Shown here: piece by piece, positions 1 through 6,911 of the stretch
Numbering within the stretch: position 1 is the stretch's first letter
How the letters are laid out: every line of letters begins with the position of its first letter
NCBI GenBank assembly: GCA_964395215.1
Contig: CAYNAD010000003.1
Coordinates: 1 to 33,955 of the forward strand
Reading direction: 5' to 3'
Length of the DNA: 33,955 nucleotides
Source of the DNA: an uncultured Candidatus Saccharibacteria bacterium
Lineage (GTDB): Bacteria > Patescibacteriota > Minisyncoccia > Minisyncoccales > PEYH01
Notes under the pieces: model-generated
Seen by the model: the letters and a program-made list of their open reading frames with translations, nothing else
What the model was told of the DNA's origin: nothing
Database searches by the model: none
Position numbers and translations under genes: made by a program

Positions 1-988
1 CCATAGATAGATAGCCACCTATTGCAGCAAGCGGTGTGCGGAGTTGGTGGGAGGCAATGGAAAGAAACTCTGATTTTGCTGCATCTAATTTTTTCAGTTT
101 TACATTAGCCGAAGCAAGTTGTTTTGCCATCTCCTCCATCTTCTCGCGTTGTCGGACTTCGTTCAACACACTTCTGATTAATAAATATCCAAAACTTAGG
201 AAGGCAATAAGCAGGATGCCGTTGCTCGCGTATTCAAAAGTGGTTGTAGAATTAATGACATTTAATAATAACAGTACAGCCATAATAGCCACGAAGAAAC
301 TAGTGACTACTACCTTTATATCAAACAAGCGATGTTTGATAATGGCATAGCTAAGGATTAGGGGGTACAGAACCACCAATAGATTGCCATAGGGTTGCAT
401 TGGGATTTTGTACCATAAGGGAAAATTAGTCGCCCCTCCGAAAAAACCGCATATAACAGCTAAAATAATATATTTAATCTGCTGTTTTGTGTGTCCTGTA
501 GAATGCCTATGAGTTTTCAACAACAGAAGGCAAGAATATCCGATTATACCTATATATCCTACAAAAAGATATATTGTGTATAATATTCCAGCTCCTGGCC
601 ACCATGGAAAAGATAATTGTGGCGATACATCTTTGATAAATAAAGGGCTAAAACTGAAACAGAGCAAGACGAGAGCTAATGCATATCCTCCAATAATTAT
701 AAATCTGTGTCTTTTATTCAAATTGTACATAACAGTAATCCAGTGGAAGAAAGTAATAGGAATGAAAAGAGAACCTATGCTTAAGATTCTTACCCAAAAA
801 AGAGCAATTTCTTTTTCCTGACTAAGTTGCCAAAGACCATAACCAAAACTCCAGATAGCCAACGATAAACTCATCAAACCAAACAAGGTATTAGCTAAAC
901 GTTTTGGATTTTTAAGAAATACAAAACCGCCAAAGATTACGGCAGATATTGCATTTATAAAAGCAGAGAATGCGAATAGATTATTCAT
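1..988 (-). CDS. Sensor histidine kinase, N-terminal portion (multi-pass membrane sensor, linker, HisKA H-box); gene continues beyond the left window edge
   Basis: Absent from the ORF track because no stop lies in the window. Manual translation of the reverse strand from ATG 988-986 stays open to nt 1 (~329 codons). It starts MNNLFAFSAFINAISAVIFGGFVFLKNPKRL and has about seven hydrophobic segments. It then reads ...LIRSVLNEVRQREKMEEMAKQLASANVKLKKLDAAKSEFLSIASHQLRTPLAAIGGYLSM, a coiled linker plus the phospho-acceptor H-box (SHxLRTPL) of HisKA kinases. Confidence 0.8.
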   Translation of the reverse strand, partial: MNNLFAFSAFINAISAVIFGGFVFLKNPKRLANTLFGLMSLSLAIWSFGYGLWQLSQEKEIALFWVRILSIGSLFIPITFFHWITVMYNLNKRHRFIIIGGYALALVLLCFSFSPLFIKDVSPQLSFPWWPGAGILYTIYLFVGYIGIIGYSCLLLLKTHRHSTGHTKQQIKYIILAVICGFFGGATNFPLWYKIPMQPYGNLLVVLYPLILSYAIIKHRLFDIKVVVTSFFVAIMAVLLLLNVINSTTTFEYASNGILLIAFLSFGYLLIRSVLNEVRQREKMEEMAKQLASANVKLKKLDAAKSEFLSIASHQLRTPLAAIGGYLSM

Positions 989-1056
989 AGATAATAAAAA
1001 GAAGATTACGCTCGTAGCTTATTCAATATTTTAACAACTACACAGGAGAGACGCAA

Positions 1057-1944
1057 CTATGGTTTAAAAACTTTATTCACAAGAACCTGTTGGGTAAAGG
1101 ATTTCTTCCAGACAGGCTTCATAAAGCCGATTTCTTGTAAAATATTATTTAATTCCTCGGTTGATAAAAAAGTATAATCGCCACTTTTCCCTTTGCGCTG
1201 TATAGCTAATGCATGTTTGAGGATTCTTGAACCCTGCAGGATGCGAGTAAAATCTTTATAGCGGATGTAATGATAAATATTGAGCATATCTGGAAGAGAG
1301 GCGAGGAATACCAACTGAAAATGAACGTTCGGTTTTGGAGTTGACCAAATCATTTGTCCGTTTGGTTTTAATACTCTAAACATTTCTTTAAGCACGGATA
1401 TAAGGGCTGATTTACCGGTTTCCCCTTCGTAATCAATTACATATGGAGCCACAAGATTTGCGACGATTCCATCAAAATAAGCATCTGGGAATGGTAGTCC
1501 TTCACCCATATTAGCATAGACCAATTTAAGTGGCATATCTTCTTTAGGATGATTTAGGGTTTGTTTTGCGGGTTCTAACACAATATCTGTGCCAATAATT
1601 TCTTTCACTTTTTTGTCGGATTTCGCCCAAATCACTTGGCTTATTTTCGCTGGCCCGCACCCTGCATCTAGCCATGTATCTCCGGGAAGAGGCTCTATCA
1701 GTCGCTCTAGAGTTTTTGTTAGCGCACTGTAGGGACGAGTTTTCTCAAGGTTACGGTATATGTTTGAATATTCTTCCCAAAACTCTATTTCTTTGACCCA
1801 TTTTTTTAACCTTTCTTTTGTTTGAGGATCAATATCATCTCGCATTATTGCTTTTTGGAAGGCTTCTGATGTGAGTTCTGGATTGTCCATCAATGATTCC
1901 AGAAATTTGTAGAGTTTTTTATTTTTTATTTTATTATTATCCAT
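1057..1944 (-). CDS. Class I SAM-dependent methyltransferase (substrate unknown)
   Basis: 295-aa ORF with SAM-binding motif I WLDAGCGPAK, a downstream acidic GTDIV, and FDGIVANL. It starts 15 nt after the dnaE stop on the same strand, so it is probably co-transcribed. Confidence 0.75.
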   Translation of the reverse strand: MDNNKIKNKKLYKFLESLMDNPELTSEAFQKAIMRDDIDPQTKERLKKWVKEIEFWEEYSNIYRNLEKTRPYSALTKTLERLIEPLPGDTWLDAGCGPAKISQVIWAKSDKKVKEIIGTDIVLEPAKQTLNHPKEDMPLKLVYANMGEGLPFPDAYFDGIVANLVAPYVIDYEGETGKSALISVLKEMFRVLKPNGQMIWSTPKPNVHFQLVFLASLPDMLNIYHYIRYKDFTRILQGSRILKHALAIQRKGKSGDYTFLSTEELNNILQEIGFMKPVWKKSFTQQVLVNKVFKP

Positions 1945-1959
1945 ATAAAAATTAAGGAT

Positions 1960-4900
1960 TTAATTCTCCACTAATTCTTCTATTTTTTCCGCGATGAGTT
2001 TAGGGGATTCGTCTTTGAGGTCGGTTCGGCCGGTTATTATCATAATTTTACCTTCTTGTAAGATTGAAGACATCGCTTCAGCAGTGCTGGGGAAGAGGAT
2101 TGTTTCTATGGATCCGGTTAAGTCCTCTACGTTTATAAAATACATTGGCCTGCCCGACCTTGTTAAAATCTTTTTTATTTTAGTAATTAATCCGCAGACA
2201 CTCACTCTATTACCTGGAACTATTTTCTTAACAAGCGCGTTGGCGATTGGAATTTTAACTTTCTCGCCTTGGTTCAATAAATCTTGCTTTATTTTAGAAA
2301 TGGCAATCACTTTTTTAGAAATTGCTTTTTGGCAATTTTCTAATGGGTGGCCGGAAACATAAACACCCAAAAGTTCTTTTTCCCATTTAAGTTTTTCGCT
2401 TTGGCTTGCTGGATCAGTAGGGGAGAGAGAAATATTTGTTTTTATGCTGGAATTATCAAAAAGCCCTTTTTGTCCGTTTTTTTTATGCCCTTTGATTTCT
2501 CTTGAATAAGAAAGTAGGGTTTGTAGATTATTAAGGAGAATATTCCTTTCTTCTAATTTATCAAATGTTCCTGTTTTAATTAAAGCATCCATTGATTTTT
2601 TATTAAGGTCTCTTGAATTGATTCGGTCAATAAATTCCTCAATTGACTGGAACTTTCCGTTGGCCTTTCTTTCGCCGATAATGGTTGTGACAATGTTGTG
2701 TCCTACATTTTTTATGGCCCACAAACCAAATCTGATTTGATTTTTACCGACTACAGTAAAATTAGCATGACTTTCATTTATATCCGGAGGTAAAACTTTG
2801 ATTCCCATCCTTTTACATTCGTTAATTAGAAAAGCCATTCTTTCCACATCTTGTTTTTCTGTTGCCAGAACAGAAGCCATATATTCTATAGGATAGTTAG
2901 CCTTAAGGAACGCGGTCTGATATGCGATAGTCGCATAACCCACACTATGACTTTTATTAAATCCGTAGGAAGCAAAAGGTAAGAACCATGACCAGATTTT
3001 TTTCGCAATATATTCATCAACCCCTTGATTAATAGCACCTTGAATAAATTTTCCTTTTTGTTCAGATAAAAGAGAGTGCATTTTTTTGCCAATTGCTTTT
3101 CTTAAGACATCTGCTTCGCTTAAAGAAAAGCCAGCGATTTCTGTGGCAATCTGCATCATTTGTTCCTGAAAGATTGGTAGACCGTAAGTTGATTCAAGAA
3201 TTGGTTTTAATTTAGGGTGAATATATTCAATTTTTCTTTTCTTTTTTTTGCGCGCAACATATTCGGGAATGAATTGCATAGGTCCGGGACGGTAAAGAGC
3301 GAGCATTGCCACAATATCTTTAAATTTTGAGGACTGAAGTTGTTTTAGCCATCGTTTCATACCACTTGATTCCATTTGAAAGACCGATGTTGTTTCTGCC
3401 TTCTGTAAAAGGCGATAGGTTTTCTTATCGTTTTCAGGGATATTATCAATATCTATTTTTTTCTTTTTTAATCGTTCTACTAAATCAATAGTTCTCTCAA
3501 TCGTAGTAAGATTTTTCAAGCCCAGAAAGTCCATTTTCAAAAGTCCCAAGTCCTCAATTGAATGCATCTCATATTGCGTGATAATCGCTTCGTCATTTTG
3601 AGTTGGATGTTGCAGGGGAACTAATTCATTTAAGGAATCAGAGGAAATCACAATGCCACAGGCATGAGTTGAAGCGTGACGGGCGACACCTTCAAGTTTT
3701 TTTGCTAAGTCAATTAATCTTTTTATTTTTTCATCACTTTCATAGGCCTGTTTAAATTCAGTTACTTTTTTTAGAGTTTGGTCCAAGGTAAATCCAAGAG
3801 GAATCATTTTGGCGAGTTTATCACATACTCCGTAGCCATATTCGAGAACTCTACCGACATCTCGGATAGCTGCCCTTGCCGCCATTGTCCCGAATGTTAT
3901 AATCTGCGCCACTTTATCGTTGCCATATTTTTTTGCTACATAATCTATGACTTCGTCTCTTCTGATATCAGCAAAATCTAAATCAATATCTGGCATAGAA
4001 ATTCTTTCACTGTTTAAGAATCTTTCAAACAAAAGAGAGTGTTTTAGGGGATCGATTGTGGTAATCCCAGCTAAATAGGAAACCAGAGACCCTCCGACCG
4101 ATCCTCTTCCAGGTCCTACGATAATTTTTTGCTCTTTTGCCCATTTAACAAAATCAGCCACAATCAAAAAATAAGAAGCAAAGCCAGTTTTTTTGATGAC
4201 ATCCAACTCATATTTTAATCTTTCTTTAGCTATTGATTCATCCTTGAATTGTTTTTTCCTTTCTTTCAATTCTTTTTCGCACATAGCTTTTAGTTCCTGG
4301 TCAGGCGTTTTGCCGTTAGGCACTTTGTAATGTGGGAGTTTCACTTTTCCGAGCTCAAATTCAAAGTTGCACATTTCAGCAATTTTCTGGGTGTTTTCTA
4401 TTGCCTCTGGAGTATCCTTAAAATCTTCAATCATTTGTTTCGGAGATTTTAAAGAAAAATCATCTTCAAGCATTGTGAGGCGTTCTGGGTTATTAGGATT
4501 AGCTCCAGTATTGATAAGCATTAAAATATCTTGTGCTTCGGCGTCTTCTGGTTTGAGATAGTGGACATCATTAGTTGCGATTAGAGGAATTTTATGTTTT
4601 TTGGATAATTTAATTAAAAAATTATTTACCTTTTCTTGTTCGGGGATATTATGATGTTTCTGGAGCTCTAAATAAAAATTGTCTTTTCCAAAAACTTCTT
4701 TATATTTGAGAGCGGTTTTTTCCGCTTGGTCTAATTTGTTAGAGATTATGAGACGGGGGATTCTACCCTGCAAACAGGCAGTAGAACAGATAAGCCCCTC
4801 ACTATGTTGGAAAAGCAATTCTTCGTCTATTCTTGGTTTATAATAAAAACCCTCTAAATGGGCCTTGGTTACTAACTTAATTAGATTCTTATAACCCTTT

Positions 4901-5214
4901 TCGTTTTTTGCTAAAAGAATTAAGTGATATCGTTTGTTATCAACGTTTGGCCTTTTTTGGCTCATTTTTTCAAATGCAACATAGACCTCACACCCGATTA
5001 TCGGTTTTACTCCTGCTTGTTTCGCTTTTTTATAAAATTCAACAGCGCCGTAAAGCACTCCGTGATCAGTAAGGGCTACGCTGTCCATATCGTTTTCTTT
5101 TACATATTTTAAAAGCTCGTCGATCTTGGGGAGACCGTCGAGCAGAGAATATTGGCTATGGACATGAAGATGGGTGAATTTATTCATTTCATATGTGCAA
5201 TTAGGTTTTTGCAT
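1960..5214 (-). CDS. dnaE: DNA polymerase III alpha subunit
   Basis: 1084-aa ORF. It has the PHP motif HLHVHSQYSLLDG, the polymerase core GPGRGSVGGSLVSYLAGIT, the catalytic MPDIDLDF, and a C-terminal OB-fold region. The true start is probably ATG 5187-5185 (MNKFTHLHVHS), which overlaps the upstream stop as ATGA. Confidence 0.97.
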   Translation of the reverse strand: MQKPNCTYEMNKFTHLHVHSQYSLLDGLPKIDELLKYVKENDMDSVALTDHGVLYGAVEFYKKAKQAGVKPIIGCEVYVAFEKMSQKRPNVDNKRYHLILLAKNEKGYKNLIKLVTKAHLEGFYYKPRIDEELLFQHSEGLICSTACLQGRIPRLIISNKLDQAEKTALKYKEVFGKDNFYLELQKHHNIPEQEKVNNFLIKLSKKHKIPLIATNDVHYLKPEDAEAQDILMLINTGANPNNPERLTMLEDDFSLKSPKQMIEDFKDTPEAIENTQKIAEMCNFEFELGKVKLPHYKVPNGKTPDQELKAMCEKELKERKKQFKDESIAKERLKYELDVIKKTGFASYFLIVADFVKWAKEQKIIVGPGRGSVGGSLVSYLAGITTIDPLKHSLLFERFLNSERISMPDIDLDFADIRRDEVIDYVAKKYGNDKVAQIITFGTMAARAAIRDVGRVLEYGYGVCDKLAKMIPLGFTLDQTLKKVTEFKQAYESDEKIKRLIDLAKKLEGVARHASTHACGIVISSDSLNELVPLQHPTQNDEAIITQYEMHSIEDLGLLKMDFLGLKNLTTIERTIDLVERLKKKKIDIDNIPENDKKTYRLLQKAETTSVFQMESSGMKRWLKQLQSSKFKDIVAMLALYRPGPMQFIPEYVARKKKKRKIEYIHPKLKPILESTYGLPIFQEQMMQIATEIAGFSLSEADVLRKAIGKKMHSLLSEQKGKFIQGAINQGVDEYIAKKIWSWFLPFASYGFNKSHSVGYATIAYQTAFLKANYPIEYMASVLATEKQDVERMAFLINECKRMGIKVLPPDINESHANFTVVGKNQIRFGLWAIKNVGHNIVTTIIGERKANGKFQSIEEFIDRINSRDLNKKSMDALIKTGTFDKLEERNILLNNLQTLLSYSREIKGHKKNGQKGLFDNSSIKTNISLSPTDPASQSEKLKWEKELLGVYVSGHPLENCQKAISKKVIAISKIKQDLLNQGEKVKIPIANALVKKIVPGNRVSVCGLITKIKKILTRSGRPMYFINVEDLTGSIETILFPSTAEAMSSILQEGKIMIITGRTDLKDESPKLIAEKIEELVEN

Positions 5215-5867
5215 TCAAGACCAGCACTCAAGACATTACCCTCAATTATTGTACCGGTGAGCAGAACATTTTCTTTCACTCTGGAGTTTTTAAGATTAAG
5301 ATCTTCTCCGATAAAGCTATTCTCCAGATTAGCCAGGCCCTCGGCGGTCATTTCTTCAAGAATGACAGATCCTTTAACATTGGCATCTTTAAGGAAAATA
5401 TCCCCTCTAATAATTCCGGTCTTTGTTCTAATGTTTATAATAGACACATTCTTGACACTTAGATTTCCTTCAAGCTTAACTTTGTTCAAACCAAGAAATC
5501 CCTTGATGTCGGCATTGTCAAAAACTATATTTTTTTCAAAACTTGAAGCTACCAGATTGACTACTTCTCTTGCTCTTATCCCGCTGGCCAAGAAATTTCC
5601 CTTGATTAGAGAATTGGCGATATACAGTGTAGAGTAGATCAGAGCGTTTTCCAATATTAAGTCTCCATTAATTTTACAGTTATCAAAATAAGCGGCTCCC
5701 TGTACAGTGGAACCTTTGAAAATAAGATTTGTGGAGATTTCTTTGTTTGAAAAGGAAAATTCGGGGAGTAGTTTATACGAAAAATCAGCAGGCCTTTTTT
5801 CTTGCTCTGCCTTTCTCAATTCCGTCAGCACTTCCTCGCTACTTAATCTTTGTAAAGGATGTTCCAT
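5184..5867 (-). CDS. Beta-helix repeat protein (pentapeptide-repeat-like)
   Basis: 227-aa ORF. From about residue 50 to the C-terminus it consists of short hydrophobic/Asn/Gly-periodic repeats, e.g. FDNADIKGFLGLNKVKLEGNLSVKNVSIINI, ANLENSFIGEDLNLKNSRVKENVLLTGTIIEGNVL. The stop overlaps a dnaE start codon. The opposite-strand ORF 5152..5637 is S/L/R-rich antisense noise. Confidence 0.7.
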   Translation of the reverse strand: MEHPLQRLSSEEVLTELRKAEQEKRPADFSYKLLPEFSFSNKEISTNLIFKGSTVQGAAYFDNCKINGDLILENALIYSTLYIANSLIKGNFLASGIRAREVVNLVASSFEKNIVFDNADIKGFLGLNKVKLEGNLSVKNVSIINIRTKTGIIRGDIFLKDANVKGSVILEEMTAEGLANLENSFIGEDLNLKNSRVKENVLLTGTIIEGNVLSAGLECKNLIAHMK

Positions 5868-6027
5868 AATCCGAGATTGTGTTTGTAATTGAGTAATTAG
5901 TAATTAGTATATTGTATATTATTTTTGAGAGAACACAAAGTGGGGAAAAGCCGAATAAGCCGAGAAAGGCATTAGAGGAAATCCGACTTCCCCTAAACGA
6001 CTGAAATTTCTCTTGCCCAGATTGAAA

Positions 6028-6075
6028 CAATACCGTATAGACCGAGACAACACCGTATAGACCGAAATAATACCG
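6028..6075. repeat. 20-nt tandem direct repeat, 2.4 copies (caaYACCGTATAGACCGARa)
   Basis: Copies are 6028-6047 caataccgtatagaccgaga, 6048-6067 caacaccgtatagaccgaaa (18/20 identical), and 6068-6075 taataccg (partial). Each unit holds two ACCG tetramers 9 nt apart. Confidence 0.85.
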
Positions 6076-6104
6076 CCCCCGACCTCTTGATGAGGTCGGG
6101 GGCG
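6074..6104 (-). terminator. Strong GC-rich hairpin; possible terminator of the 6180..6764 gene
   Basis: cgcccccgacctc / ttgat / gaggtcgggggcg is a 13 perfect bp stem with a 5-nt loop. On the minus strand it is followed by guauuauuu, only a partial U-tract. It lies 76 nt downstream of the stop at 6180. Confidence 0.45.
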
Positions 6105-6179
6105 AGAGAGCTCGGTCAAGGGCGAGAGATATTGAATATGCGTTATCGGTAGAAGTCGGACTTCTATTAATAAAAGTTT

Positions 6180-6764
6180 TTATTCTACGGGCATTTCTTC
6201 AATCGGCTCAATCTGTTGTTCAATCTGAATGGATATAGCTGTAAATTTTGTTTTTCCTTTAAAATCGTTTTCTGAAAACGCCATTATAAAATCTCCTTCT
6301 TTAATGTCAGACAGCTTAATCATTATTTTCACAAAAGGGTCGGGAGGCATTAGCTCGGCAGGCATATCTGCGTCGTATTGGTTCATCTGTTTATCAAACT
6401 CTCGTTGCTCCTGCTCAAAGACATTAGATGGTTTTTCCTCATGCGTAAATATTTCTGTTTCTTCGCTGATTTTTATAATCATTTCCTTTGGAAGAAATTC
6501 TCCTAAAGGATCATCAAATCGTTCTTCTACAATTATTGATAATTGATTCTCTCCAATATTTTTTGCTTTGCCATAAGCATCGGTAATACTTTCCGGCTCT
6601 GATGGCAAAATTCCTTTTTCTCTTAATTCGTCCACAAACATTTTTTTTACTTCAATATCTTTGTTAGGCAAGATAATTGTATTGATTGATAGCACTACTA
6701 ATAAACCTAATACAAATCCAATAACTAAAGCGATAGCGATAAAAATAATAGATTGTTTCTCCAT
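6180..6764 (-). CDS. Membrane-anchored hypothetical protein (DUF5666-like pattern), paralogue of 10434..10997
   Basis: 194-aa ORF with N-terminal TM segment IIFIAIALVIGFVLGLLVVLSI. The ectodomain motifs GENQLSIIV..DPLGEFLP..MIIKISEETEI...LSDIKEGDFIMAFSENDFKG..FTAISIQI align with the 10434..10997 product. Confidence 0.75.
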   Translation of the reverse strand: MEKQSIIFIAIALVIGFVLGLLVVLSINTIILPNKDIEVKKMFVDELREKGILPSEPESITDAYGKAKNIGENQLSIIVEERFDDPLGEFLPKEMIIKISEETEIFTHEEKPSNVFEQEQREFDKQMNQYDADMPAELMPPDPFVKIMIKLSDIKEGDFIMAFSENDFKGKTKFTAISIQIEQQIEPIEEMPVE

Positions 6765-6911
6765 GTCTTTATTTTATTAATTATTTTATCATTTTATAAT
6801 TTTATTTATCTTTTGCCAAATCTTTTTATAAATGTTTTCCACAGTTTGCCTTTTTTAAAATCAAGAATAGTGATAAAATAAAAGAATTAATGATAATAAA
6901 AACTTAATATT

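Larger units (their letters stand above)
6003..6135. ncRNA. Candidate structured RNA or cis-regulatory element (unclassified) in a GC-rich spacer
   Basis: Long-range complementarity: TCTCTTGCCC 6009-6018 with GGGCGAGAGA 6120-6129, and GACCGAG 6040-6046 with CTCGGTC 6111-6117. These enclose a perfect 13-bp hairpin at 6074-6104. A duplicated GGGCGAGAGA (6100-6109, 6120-6129) allows alternative folds. One pair is G-U on the plus strand and A-C on the minus strand, which weakly favours the plus strand. Confidence 0.3.

Noticed and set aside
36-821. Plus-strand ORFs 36..350 and 576..821
   Set aside because: Both lie antisense to a longer, motif-bearing histidine-kinase reading frame (988..1). Their products are low-complexity and have no recognisable motifs.
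1994-5637. Plus-strand ORFs inside dnaE and the beta-helix gene (1994..2362, 3778..3981, 4367..4561, 4924..5112, 5152..5637) and minus-strand ORF 2886..3092
   Set aside because: All overlap the unambiguous dnaE or repeat-protein frames. Their S/L/F/R-rich composition is typical of antisense or off-frame translation of AT-rich genes.
5972-5995. RNase P RNA. The plus strand reads AGAGGAAATCCGAC, resembling the GAGGAAAGUCC P4 strand. The minus strand reads CGGCUUAUUCGGC, resembling the CR-V strand.
   Set aside because: The two look-alike strings are only ~20 nt apart instead of ~250 nt. The region is too short, and the other conserved RNase P regions (e.g. the AGGGUGAAA-type J11/12 region) are absent.
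5839-6119. Minus-strand ORFs 5839..6030 and 5919..6119 in the GC-rich spacer
   Set aside because: They are short, overlap each other, and span the tandem repeats and hairpin. There is no protein-like motif. The region is better explained as RNA or DNA structure.
6028-6129. Mini CRISPR array
   Set aside because: The repeats are only 20 nt, directly abutting with no spacers, in 2.4 copies, and no cas genes are present. This is a simple tandem repeat.
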